From sequence record DRR378314_661: a stretch of 55,096 nt of DNA; one strand, given 5' to 3'. Shown one piece after another: positions 19,103 through 28,438 of the stretch; within the stretch, counting starts at the first letter, position 1, and the number at the start of each line of letters is the position of its first letter. A program made the translations under genes and the position numbers. The notes under the pieces were generated by a model. It was given only the letters and a program-made list of their open reading frames with translations, ran no database searches and had not been told where the DNA came from.

Positions 19103-20179
19103 TTACTCCGCCGACAGCGAAGCGCGGCCTTTTCCTGAGCGTTTCGCTGTCAGGCTTGCCCATTTCGGCCGAACATACAGGAAGTTCAAAGCCGTGCCTC
19201 GGATCAGGGCATGAAACATTAGCGGCAGGCCCACAGCCAGGATAAGCGTCAGCGCACTGGCCAGCCCGATGTCGCCAAACGGCGCCCCGAATTTCGGCAG
19301 CACGAAACGCTCCATCAGGACGAGCGGAAATACGTAGGTCAGGTAAATGACGATTGAGTGCTGCCCGCAATAACGCAGGAAGTCAGCAGCCTTGAACCGT
19401 GTCAAAAGAGACGACACCACGCAGACGGCAGTGGCCCCTGCCATGCCGAACACGAAACTGGTGATGACCTGCTCGTGAAGGTCCAAGGTAACAGCCCACC
19501 AATTTACCACGGCCCAGGCCATCAGTCCGGCCAGCCAAATCAATGGCGCTTTCGCGGCGCGTTCCGCAAACTGGAAAATCTGTGGCGCGAACGCGTAGCC
19601 GAGAAAGAAATAGACATACCGGTTGCAGAAGCGGTCGATGATACCCCAGCCTGTGTCGATAATGACGAGCTGATAAAGCGATTGAAGAATGAACGCCCCC
19701 GCAAACACAATCCATATCGGTACGTTGCGGAGCAAACGGGTCACAACATAGAAAATCGCCAGCATGTGCACGAACCAAAGCGAGTTGCTCGGTTCTACCA
19801 GGCTGAACAACCACATCTTCACGAAATAGCCAGGATGCTCGACCATCCAGTCAAAGTGCAGAACAGGAAACTGCAGCGTCAGCCAGAGCAGGTAGAAATA
19901 GACGAAATGTACGATCTTCCGATCGACATAGCCGCTGAGCGGGCCGTGAATGCTCCGCCCAAGAAAAAGTCCCGCGACCAGGAAAAAGTCCGGAATCCGG
20001 AATGGCCGGGCGAAGTCCACCACAGGATGCATCCACCCCATGCCGTCCAACACTTGCTCAACACCATTCACGGTGTGCATCATCACAACGAGTATGATGC
20101 AAATCCCCTTTGCGTAATCGACCCAATCAATCCTTGCAGCAGGTATGGAGGACGCGGCGTGTTTCGCAGTGTTGCTCAT
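19103..20179 (-). CDS. acyltransferase-3 family membrane protein
   Basis: RIDWVDYAKGICIILVV..H, F..P.FF..AG, LWF, G..S..IYL; about 10 hydrophobic segments. Confidence 0.9.
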   Translation of the reverse strand: MSNTAKHAASSIPAARIDWVDYAKGICIILVVMMHTVNGVEQVLDGMGWMHPVVDFARPFRIPDFFLVAGLFLGRSIHGPLSGYVDRKIVHFVYFYLLWLTLQFPVLHFDWMVEHPGYFVKMWLFSLVEPSNSLWFVHMLAIFYVVTRLLRNVPIWIVFAGAFILQSLYQLVIIDTGWGIIDRFCNRYVYFFLGYAFAPQIFQFAERAAKAPLIWLAGLMAWAVVNWWAVTLDLHEQVITSFVFGMAGATAVCVVSSLLTRFKAADFLRYCGQHSIVIYLTYVFPLVLMERFVLPKFGAPFGDIGLASALTLILAVGLPLMFHALIRGTALNFLYVRPKWASLTAKRSGKGRASLSAE

Positions 20180-21255
20180 GCCGAAACAACCTCCTCAAAT
20201 TCGGCTGTGCCGGTTTGAGTTGTTGCCGCCTGAAGACAGTCAGCCATCCAGTCGAAGGACTTCTGTACACGTTGAACAGCATGTCGCTCTTCAGAGAGCA
20301 CGCTGGACTCCCCTTCCGGCAGCCAGAAATAAGGGTTTGCTTCCCATATCATGACCTGGCCATCGGGACGAATACTGTAATCGACCGCTGCGATATCAAG
20401 ATCGAGGCTTCGGACAGCCTGCACAAGATGGGCACGACCAAGCACTGGGCTGTTGAAGTATTGCTGATCCGCCTCAATCAACTCGTCAAGCAGATGTCGG
20501 TGATATCCGAATTTGCGCGCTACGGCGCGATTATGGCTGGATTCTCGGGAGAAAAGTGAATTTGAAAGACCTACGATAGGGCTTTTGGAGAAGAACAGAT
20601 GGCTGGCCATGACCTGGTCGCCAATCACAAAGGCGCGTGCCTTGTGATGGTACTCGCGGAACAAGTGCGAAAACCCACCCCGTACGTCGCGGTACTCCTG
20701 GCGAATGTCATAGAGGCGCAGAACAGCTGATGCAGTTCCGGACGTCAGTGAGCAGCGCGCAAGATCTTCCTGATTTCGGACGATAGTCACATCGCGCTGT
20801 GCATGTTCGCAATCGCTCCGCACAATGCAGGGCTTCCCCAACTCGAATACTGCGGACCTCAGCTGAGAGTCATTCCGCACCAGACGAACTGCAGCGCTCG
20901 GCACCTTTTTTTCGCTCCAGATGCGCGCTTGCATCGTCTTGGACGTATTGCAAAGCGCATCTGGGTGGTTCAGCACTTTCAAACTGAGCGCCTCTGCCTC
21001 ATCCGCGATAGCTTTGGCCTCTCTATAGCAATCTGGATATTTCTGTTGCAGCGGGTCGCCCAGCCAGAACACAATTGCACGCACGTCCGCCAAACTTGGA
21101 ACGCCTGCTCCAGTCTCGTGAATTCGAATATCCTGGAGCAAGGAGTGGTTTGTTTGCGCCAAACGCTTCTGGAAAGCCTTTCCTGTCGGAACCTCCCGTC
21201 CACGTCCCCTGCCATGAACCACTACCAGTATCTTGCTGTTCTGAGTCGTTTGCAT
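20176..21255 (-). CDS. hypothetical protein with ATP-grasp-like fold
   Basis: VLNHP...N.SK, PCIVR....H, RAFVIG and C-terminal DIAAVDY...DG....WEANP resemble RimK/GshB-type ATP-grasp motifs; stop overlaps the acyltransferase ATG. Confidence 0.65.
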   Translation of the reverse strand: MQTTQNSKILVVVHGRGRGREVPTGKAFQKRLAQTNHSLLQDIRIHETGAGVPSLADVRAIVFWLGDPLQQKYPDCYREAKAIADEAEALSLKVLNHPDALCNTSKTMQARIWSEKKVPSAAVRLVRNDSQLRSAVFELGKPCIVRSDCEHAQRDVTIVRNQEDLARCSLTSGTASAVLRLYDIRQEYRDVRGGFSHLFREYHHKARAFVIGDQVMASHLFFSKSPIVGLSNSLFSRESSHNRAVARKFGYHRHLLDELIEADQQYFNSPVLGRAHLVQAVRSLDLDIAAVDYSIRPDGQVMIWEANPYFWLPEGESSVLSEERHAVQRVQKSFDWMADCLQAATTQTGTAEFEEVVSA

Positions 21256-21315
21256 ACGCCGCAATCCCAATATCTGACATCGGCTCTGACGGCCGAGTTC
21301 TGTAGCGATATCAAC

Positions 21316-21330
21316 GCAAAGCGCATGCCA
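21316..21330 (-). promoter_or_regulatory. sigma54 (-24/-12) promoter
   Basis: Minus strand reads TGGCAT-GCGCT-TTGC, matching TGGCAY-N5-TTGC, about 60 nt upstream of the ATP-grasp start. Confidence 0.65.
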
Positions 21331-21582
21331 AATTTTGGTCGTAAACCTTAGGATCCGTTCCGGACAGGGAGTCCAAAAGCACCTATCGGAAATTATCGGG
21401 TCAACATTCCAAAGGTCGAAACCGTATCAGCACGCAAATTCTGTTGTGCGATCAGCTGCTTCCACAACGTTAACACGACCGGACGACACCTTCTGTCGCG
21501 AAAAAATCCACAGAAGTGTATCGACAAGCTCGAAAACTTTAATGATATATCTTTTGAGGGCTTATGAAGGGAATTTGGCTCA

Positions 21583-22272
21583 ATGGATTTTTTCGTAACA
21601 CATGAACTCGCCATCCTGAGATGGTTGCACATCGTCGCCATGGTCTACTGGCTGGGTGGTGAATGGGGCGTCTTCCAGACCAGCTACAAGGTGGTGAACA
21701 CTTCACTGTCGTTCGAAGAACGTGCCCGCCACATGGAAACGGCCTACCGGATCGACATCATGGCAAGGACCGGCATTATCTCCTTGCTGCCACTCGGCCT
21801 GCACATGGGCTACCTATGGGGTCTTCAGCCTCTCGGCGGCGGATGGCTCGTGGCAATGTGGATCGTCTGGGTGATCTGGATGGCAATCACGTGGGGCGCC
21901 TTTGCCAATCGTGGCAGCAAGCTCGGCCTGTTCCTGTCCAATATCGAAGACTGGACGCGTTACCTGCTGATCCCGACCCTGTTGTTCCTGTCCATCTCCT
22001 CGCTTCTCGGCAATGGCCCATTCGAGGCAGGCGACGGTCAGAAATGGTACTCGGCAAAGATGCTGACCTATGGATGCCTGCTGATCCTCGGCGTGATCCT
22101 GCGGTTGATCATGCATGAATGGCGCGCATTGTTCCCAATTCTTGAAAAGGGACCGAACGCCGAAGTCGAACGCAAGCTGCAACGGTCCATGTTTATCGGT
22201 CGCTGCACGGCCTACACCTACTGGGTTGGCATTCTTGCCACTGCATTCTTCGGCGCCGTTAAGCCTTTCTAG
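21583..22272 (+). CDS. hypothetical integral membrane protein
   Basis: 229 aa, about 6 hydrophobic helices, LRWLHI...VYWLGGEWGVF N-terminus, RBS GAAGGG, C/G-ending codon bias. Confidence 0.8.
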   Translation: MDFFVTHELAILRWLHIVAMVYWLGGEWGVFQTSYKVVNTSLSFEERARHMETAYRIDIMARTGIISLLPLGLHMGYLWGLQPLGGGWLVAMWIVWVIWMAITWGAFANRGSKLGLFLSNIEDWTRYLLIPTLLFLSISSLLGNGPFEAGDGQKWYSAKMLTYGCLLILGVILRLIMHEWRALFPILEKGPNAEVERKLQRSMFIGRCTAYTYWVGILATAFFGAVKPF

Positions 22273-22279
22273 CAATTCT

Positions 22280-22308
22280 GGAGGGAGCCTCTCCATGAGG
22301 CTCCCTCC
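22280..22308. terminator. stable hairpin after membrane-protein gene
   Basis: GGAGGGAGCCTC-tccat-GAGGCTCCCTCC, 12-bp stem with no U tract. Confidence 0.55.
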
Positions 22309-22422
22309 GCCCCCAAAAGCGATGGCAACATCGAACGTTGCGCGCACGAAACACCTGTACATTTGCCTGTTGGGCCGCATAAGACCCGCTCTTCCAGAGC
22401 GTAGCTGAGCGGAACAATTGAA

Positions 22423-23460
22423 ATGCGATCTTCCGAAACAGACCTCCAAACCGGCTCAAGCGTCCTATCGCTGTCCGAGATTCAGTCTGCTATCGACAAC
22501 AAGACCAAGCCGCTCGGCGCACTGGGAGAGATCGAGACTCTCGCAGCCCAGATCGCGAATATCCAGCAGACCCTCACCCCGCAGGCCGATACGTGTCGCC
22601 TGACCATCTTTGCAGCGGATCACGGAATGGCGCTGGCTGGCGTATCGGCGTTTCCCCAAGCGGTGACACGCCAAATGGTGCTCAACTTCCTGACCGAAGG
22701 AGCCGCAGCAAATGTGTTTGCCCGCTCGGTTGGCGCGGAAATTCAGGTGGTGGATGCCGGCGTATGTGGTGACCCGATCATTGACGAGCGATTGCTCCAG
22801 AAGCGCATCGGGAACGGCACAGCGAACGCCATCGAACGTCCCGCCATGACACCGGACCAGGTTCGCTCGGCGCTCGCATCAGGCTCCGCCCTTGGCCATG
22901 ATGGCAACGAAGCAGTGGCGTGCTTTGGAGAGATGGGTATCGGCAACACGTCATCGGCCAGCCTTGTGGCAGCGAAGGTTCTGGGTCTCCCGGTCACCGA
23001 GATCACCGGTCGCGGGACAGGACTTGATGACGACGGACTTCAGCGCAAATCCGCCCTGCTGGATATTGCAGCCACCCGGACGGATGCGCAATTGGACGCC
23101 AAGGCAGCGCTCCAGGAATATGGCGGCTTTGAAATCGCGATGATGACGGGCGCCATGCTTGGCGCAGCTGCGGCTGGAAAGATCGTGATCGTCGACGGGT
23201 TTATTGCCTCGGCAGCAGCATTGGCAGCTTCCAGAATTGCCCCGGAGAGCCGCGCGAACATGGTGTTCGCCCACCAGTCGGCCGAAGCCGGCCATGCCCG
23301 CATTCTGGACGCGTTGGAGGCGAGGCCCCTGCTTCAACTCAATATGCGACTGGGCGAAGGGACTGGCGCGCTGCTCGCCTTCCCGCTCGTGAGAGCCGCC
23401 GCAGACATGCTGCGCGACATGGCGAGCTTTGAAAGCGCAGGCGTAAGCGGGCCAGCATGA
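22423..23460 (+). CDS. cobT: nicotinate-nucleotide--dimethylbenzimidazole phosphoribosyltransferase
   Basis: TKPLGALG, FAADHG, GEMGIGNT, GRGTG, VDGFI, RLGEGTG. Confidence 0.96.
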   Translation: MRSSETDLQTGSSVLSLSEIQSAIDNKTKPLGALGEIETLAAQIANIQQTLTPQADTCRLTIFAADHGMALAGVSAFPQAVTRQMVLNFLTEGAAANVFARSVGAEIQVVDAGVCGDPIIDERLLQKRIGNGTANAIERPAMTPDQVRSALASGSALGHDGNEAVACFGEMGIGNTSSASLVAAKVLGLPVTEITGRGTGLDDDGLQRKSALLDIAATRTDAQLDAKAALQEYGGFEIAMMTGAMLGAAAAGKIVIVDGFIASAAALAASRIAPESRANMVFAHQSAEAGHARILDALEARPLLQLNMRLGEGTGALLAFPLVRAAADMLRDMASFESAGVSGPA

Positions 23461-24215
23461 TTGGCGAGTTTGCGAAGTTTGTGCTCGCGGCGCAATTCCT
23501 GACGCGCTTGCCGCTTCGCACCGACCGGCTATTCACGCCTGAACGCATGGCCGAGGCGCCTCGCTACTTTGCGCTTGTAGGCCTTCTGATCGGATTAGTG
23601 TGCACGGGCATCTACTGGCTTGCCGCGCTTGTCCTGCCACATCTGATGGCAATCCTGATCGCGATGGGCACCAGCCTGCTGTTAACCGGCGCGTTCCATG
23701 AGGACGGGCTGGCTGACACGTTCGATGGCATTGGTGGCGGGCTCAACAAGGCACACGCGCTGGAGATCATGAAAGACAGCCGATTGGGCACCTATGGCGC
23801 CGCAGCCCTGTTCATGGCCTTGGCGCTGAAGGCGGGCGCATTGTTTGCCCTGCCGCCTGTCTGGGTTTGCACAGCGCTTCCTCTGGCGCATTGCCTGTCG
23901 CGGGGCTCTGCCGTGCTGGTGATTGCGACAAGCCGCTATGTCCGGGACGAAGGCACCGGAAAGCCCGTGGCCAAAGGGATCTCAGCTGTCACGCTTGTCG
24001 TCACCTGTCTCACCCTGTCGGGAGCTGTCGCCATATGTCTCCTGGTGTTGCCATTTGTCGCCGTCGTGTCGTCCTTTGTCGCCATGTGTCTGATGCATGT
24101 CGCCATGCGCGCCTTCTTTGAGCCAAAGCTCGGAGGCTATACCGGCGACACGCTAGGCGCGGTCCAGCAGGCGAGCGAGATCGGCATCTATGTGGGACTG
24201 CTGGCATGGCTCTGA
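23457..24215 (+). CDS. cobS: adenosylcobinamide-GDP ribazoletransferase (cobalamin synthase)
   Basis: QFLTRLP, LTGAFHEDGLADTFDG, IMKDSRLG.YG, GGYTGD.LGA. Confidence 0.96.
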   Translation: MIGEFAKFVLAAQFLTRLPLRTDRLFTPERMAEAPRYFALVGLLIGLVCTGIYWLAALVLPHLMAILIAMGTSLLLTGAFHEDGLADTFDGIGGGLNKAHALEIMKDSRLGTYGAAALFMALALKAGALFALPPVWVCTALPLAHCLSRGSAVLVIATSRYVRDEGTGKPVAKGISAVTLVVTCLTLSGAVAICLLVLPFVAVVSSFVAMCLMHVAMRAFFEPKLGGYTGDTLGAVQQASEIGIYVGLLAWL

Positions 24216-24748
24216 CGCTGCTGCGCCATACGACGCCAGATGTCGCGCCGGGCATTTGCTATGGCCGGACGGACCTGGATGTGGTGGACACATTCGTCGA
24301 GGAAGCGACGCGCATCGTAGCCTCTCTGCCACGGGTCGACCGCATCTACTCCAGCCCGCTAATGCGCTGTGCCAGCCTGGCAGACTTCGTGGGAAAACAG
24401 ACAGGCCTGTCCCCCATCCGCGACGACCGATTGATCGAGATGGATTTCGGCCGATGGGAGATGCAGCCCTGGGGCGACCTGCCCCGACACGAACTCGACG
24501 CCTGGGCCAATGACTTTCTTGACGCGCGTCCGCATGGCGGCGAAAGCGTTGCCGAACTCACCGCGCGCACCCGCGCCGCAATTTCAGACCTGAACACACC
24601 GGATACTCACACGCTCATCGTGACCCATGCCGGTGTGATCAAGGCGGCTTTCGCTGCATTGGGCGGAGACCATCATTATCGCAGCACAGTGTCCTATGGG
24701 GGGCATGTCACGCTGCTTGAGCACAGACCAAGGAGCGCCCCGTCATGA
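24206..24748 (+). CDS. cobC: histidine phosphatase, alpha-ribazole phosphatase type (Salmonella CobC)
   Basis: LLRH....CYG..D, SSPL.RC, E..FG.WE, GGES, VTHAGV. Confidence 0.88.
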   Translation: MALTLLRHTTPDVAPGICYGRTDLDVVDTFVEEATRIVASLPRVDRIYSSPLMRCASLADFVGKQTGLSPIRDDRLIEMDFGRWEMQPWGDLPRHELDAWANDFLDARPHGGESVAELTARTRAAISDLNTPDTHTLIVTHAGVIKAAFAALGGDHHYRSTVSYGGHVTLLEHRPRSAPS

Positions 24749-25347
24749 CGGACGACACATCCCACACCGAAAAGATGAAGGCGCTTCAGGAAGAACAGCG
24801 CAAGAAAACGGACGCGGCCTCCGTGCCGGATCGCGGATTGGTGCTGGTCCACACAGGCAATGGCAAGGGGAAGTCCAGCTCCGCCTTCGGCGTCATCGCT
24901 CGCGCGCTTGGTTGGGGCCAGAAAGTGGGCGTCGTCCAGTTCATCAAAGGAAAATGGATCACCGGCGAACGGCAGTTCTTCAACAAATTCCCAGACCAGC
25001 TGGACTGGCACACAATGGGCGAAGGCTTCACCTGGGACACGCAGGACAAGGCCCGGGACATTGCCGCCGCGGAGGCCGCCTTTGCACGCGCGAAAGACAT
25101 GATGGCAAGCGGCAAGTATGATCTGGTCGTGCTCGACGAGATCAACATCGCGATGCGCTATGACTATCTGACGGTTGATGCCGTGCTGGACGGGCTGAAG
25201 GCGAGGTCCGGCCAGACAAGCGTGATCCTGACAGGGCGCGACGCCAAGCCGGCGCTTTGCGACTATGCCGACCTCGTCAGCGAAATGGTCGAAATCAAGC
25301 ACCCCTTCAAAGCGGGCCTGAAGGCCAAGCGCGGCGTCGATTTCTGA
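24745..25347 (+). CDS. cobO: cob(I)yrinic acid a,c-diamide adenosyltransferase
   Basis: HTGNGKGKSSSAFG, VQFIKG, GEGFTW.TQ, LDEIN, TGR, KHPF..G..A.RG.DF. Confidence 0.96.
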   Translation: MTDDTSHTEKMKALQEEQRKKTDAASVPDRGLVLVHTGNGKGKSSSAFGVIARALGWGQKVGVVQFIKGKWITGERQFFNKFPDQLDWHTMGEGFTWDTQDKARDIAAAEAAFARAKDMMASGKYDLVVLDEINIAMRYDYLTVDAVLDGLKARSGQTSVILTGRDAKPALCDYADLVSEMVEIKHPFKAGLKAKRGVDF

Positions 25348-25414
25348 CCACTTTGCCGCGCATCCTGTCGTGCGTGCAGTATTGACAGCGTGACAGGCTT
25401 GCAACAATACGAGC

Positions 25415-25582
25415 GCCAGATGGTGCTTTCTGCAAGGAAAGCTAAGAGGGAAGCCGATGAGAATTCGGCGCTGTACCCGCAACTGTGAACCGGGAGTTCA
25501 TGGCCACGAAAGCCACTGGAGCAACAGCTCTGGGAAGGCGGCCAGGAACGCAGATCGGTGAGCCAGGAGACCTGCCATCGCG
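25415..25582 (+). promoter_or_regulatory. cobalamin riboswitch
   Basis: GGTGC...AAGAGGGAAGCCG...CCCGCAACTGT...GCCACTG...GGGAAGG...GAGCCAGGAGACCTGCC (B12 box) upstream of btuB; TTGACA at 25382. Confidence 0.95.
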
Positions 25583-25755
25583 TCGTTCGTCCGGAGGCCG
25601 GGAATAGTTCTCAGCGGGCGGGAAGGCTGCGTGCCTCTCCTTTGTAACGACATCCGAACCTTGGGCCTGGCCGTCCGCACCGATCACAAGGTGAGGCCAG
25701 ATTGTCGTTATGAACTGCATCCACCATTCGGGCGGCTGGGGTGCGAGGAAAACAC

Positions 25756-27603
25756 ATGTTTTACAAAACCGCTCTCCTCGGAGCCGTTGTTTTCGGTGCG
25801 TCATTATCCGCACTCGCACAGACGGACACCGCGGAAGAAACCAAGCTGGACACCATCACAGTCAACGGCTCGCGCCTTGACCAGACGCTGACGGAAATCG
25901 GCTCCAGCGTCTCGCTCATCACGAATGAAGACCTCGACGAGCTGGGCGTTGACTTCGCTCTGGACGCAGTGGCGACCGCACCGGGCGTAACCGTCAATCA
26001 GAATGGCGCCTTTGGCGGCAATGCCAGCGTTCGCATTCGCGGCGCTTCCAGTGACCAAACTCTTGTCTTGATTGACGGAGTTCCGGTAAATGACCCCACC
26101 GGAACCGGTGGCGGATACAATTTCGCCTATCTCGACACGGACAATATTGAGCGCATCGAAGTGCTGAAAGGCCCGCAATCCACACTATGGGGCAGCGATG
26201 CCATCGGCGGCGTGGTATCCATCACCACGAAGCAGCCAAGCCAAGGCCTCACCGGATCCGTATTCGGCGAGTACGGCTCTTTCAATACGCTTCGCGGCGG
26301 CGCAGCCATCAGCAATGCCAGTGAAACCGGCGATTTCCGGATCGCGGCCACGGGCCTGACCACGGACGGTATTTCCAAGGCGGATGAGGACAATGGCAAC
26401 ACGGAAGATGATGCCTATGAGTCCCAGACCGTGTCCGCCAAAGGCGGCCTGAACCTGCCAAACAGCGTCCGTCTCGAAACCAGCATTCTGTGGAGCGACG
26501 CAGAGTCCGAGTATGACAGCTATTCCGGCAGTGCACAGGGCAATGTTGCCGATGGCGACGAAGTCTCGAACTCCGAAACGCTGACGGGATACGTCACCCT
26601 GAAGGCTCCGCTGTTCGACGGCTTGCTCGATAATCTCGTTCAGATCGGCTATTCCGACATTGAACGCGAGAATGTCTCAAACGGTGCACAGAGCTACCTG
26701 ACCGAAGGCGACCGCGTCCTTTACCGGTACCAGGGCACACTGAACATCAATGATGCGAACAAGCTGGCCTTTGGTGCTGAGCGAGAAGAAACATCAGCAA
26801 ACGATCAGGACTCAGCTATCGACAGCCTGTTCGCACTATACGAATACAAGCCGGTCGAAACACTGACCCTGACGGGCGGCGTCCGCATCGACGACCATGA
26901 TGGCTTCGGCTCCGAGACGACAGGACGTGCCGCTGCGGCATGGAACGCCACTGACCAATTGATCGTGCGCGCCAGCTGGGCGCAAGGGTTCAAGGCACCG
27001 AGCATTTTTCAGTCGACCTATATCTGCACGTTCTGTGGGCTGACGGCTCCAAACCCGAATCTCAAGCCGGAAACGTCCGAAGCCTTCGACATCGGTGTTG
27101 AGTGGCGCTCTGCGGATCAACGCCTCATGCTGGGCGCGACCGTGTTCGACCAGGAAACCGACAATCTCATCGATTTTTCCTTCACGGCTGGCTATGACAA
27201 CATCGCCTTTGTTGAATCTAAGGGCATCGAACTGGTCGGCGCCTACAGCCTCACGGAATGGCTGAATGTTTCTGCGAACTACACCTATATCGATGCCGAA
27301 GACGGCGATGGCAACGAGCTCTCCCGACTGCCGGAGAATTCCGCCAATGTGACGCTCTCTCTCGACCCTGAAGGCCCGTTCGCCGGATCCGTGATCGTGC
27401 GCCACAATGGCGAGGAAGCCAACACCAACGGCACCGACCTGGACAGCTGGACGCGGCTCGACCTAACCGGACGCTACGACATCAATGAGAAGGTCGAGCT
27501 TTACGGGCGGATAGAGAACCTCTTTGATGAGGATTATCAGCAAATCCTTGGCTACGGCACGCCGGGAACGTCTGGTTCCCTCGGCATCCGCCTGCGATTC
27601 TAG
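25756..27603 (+). CDS. btuB: TonB-dependent cobalamin receptor
   Basis: Signal peptide, TonB box DTITV, plug motifs LVLIDGV and IERIEVLKGPQS.LWG, NL.PE, C-terminal F; downstream of B12 riboswitch. Confidence 0.92.
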   Translation: MFYKTALLGAVVFGASLSALAQTDTAEETKLDTITVNGSRLDQTLTEIGSSVSLITNEDLDELGVDFALDAVATAPGVTVNQNGAFGGNASVRIRGASSDQTLVLIDGVPVNDPTGTGGGYNFAYLDTDNIERIEVLKGPQSTLWGSDAIGGVVSITTKQPSQGLTGSVFGEYGSFNTLRGGAAISNASETGDFRIAATGLTTDGISKADEDNGNTEDDAYESQTVSAKGGLNLPNSVRLETSILWSDAESEYDSYSGSAQGNVADGDEVSNSETLTGYVTLKAPLFDGLLDNLVQIGYSDIERENVSNGAQSYLTEGDRVLYRYQGTLNINDANKLAFGAEREETSANDQDSAIDSLFALYEYKPVETLTLTGGVRIDDHDGFGSETTGRAAAAWNATDQLIVRASWAQGFKAPSIFQSTYICTFCGLTAPNPNLKPETSEAFDIGVEWRSADQRLMLGATVFDQETDNLIDFSFTAGYDNIAFVESKGIELVGAYSLTEWLNVSANYTYIDAEDGDGNELSRLPENSANVTLSLDPEGPFAGSVIVRHNGEEANTNGTDLDSWTRLDLTGRYDINEKVELYGRIENLFDEDYQQILGYGTPGTSGSLGIRLRF

Positions 27604-27610
27604 GCACGTA

Positions 27611-28438
27611 ATGACGAGACTGATTGCCCCCCTGATCGCCCTGCTCCTGTCCGCATGCGGACAGGGCCTGGCACCGGAGGCAGAGCGGCCCGACCGCCCT
27701 GTACGGGTGGTCAGTCTCGATTATTGCGCGGATCAGTATGTCCTGAAACTTCTCAACCGAGAGCACATTCTGGCGCTCTCGCCCGATGCGGCGCGGGAGT
27801 TTTCCTATATGCGCGACGCTGCGGAGGGTTTGCCAACCGTCCGCCCCACCGCCGAAGACGTTCTCATCCTGAAGCCAGACCTCGTGGTGCGCACCTATGG
27901 AGGTGGGCCGAACGCGTCCGCCTTTTTCCGCAAGGCCGGTGTCCCAGTGGTGGATGTTGGCTGGACGCCTGACATCCCGTCCGTCATGGCGAACACGCAA
28001 CGCATCGCGGACGAACTCGGCGAAAGCGAACGGGGTGCGGCCGTAAATGCGCAGATGCAACAAAGGCTGGCCGATCTCCGCCAGCGCACGGATGGGCAAG
28101 TCGCCCTCTACATGACCCCCGCCGGCGTAACGACGGGTCCGGGGTCGCTGATCCATGAAATGATCGAAGCTGCTGGCCTGACCAATATGCAAACCGAGCC
28201 TGGCTGGCGGTCCATTCCGCTGGAACGGCTCGCCTATGAAAAGCCTGACCTTGTCGCAGCCGCATTCTTTGGCTCCAGAACCAATCACCCCGACGCGTGG
28301 AGCCCCATGAAACATCCCGTTGCGCGGACACAGCTGACCAAGAGCGAGGTGGTCTCTCTCGAAGGCGCATGGACATCCTGCAGCGGCTGGTTTCTGATGG
28401 ATGCCGTTGAAGCAATGGCGGAAGGGACAGAGCGATGA
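27611..28438 (+). CDS. btuF: cobalamin ABC transporter substrate-binding lipoprotein
   Basis: Lipobox LLSAC, RVVSLDYCADQ, E.....PDLV. Confidence 0.85.
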   Translation: MTRLIAPLIALLLSACGQGLAPEAERPDRPVRVVSLDYCADQYVLKLLNREHILALSPDAAREFSYMRDAAEGLPTVRPTAEDVLILKPDLVVRTYGGGPNASAFFRKAGVPVVDVGWTPDIPSVMANTQRIADELGESERGAAVNAQMQQRLADLRQRTDGQVALYMTPAGVTTGPGSLIHEMIEAAGLTNMQTEPGWRSIPLERLAYEKPDLVAAAFFGSRTNHPDAWSPMKHPVARTQLTKSEVVSLEGAWTSCSGWFLMDAVEAMAEGTER

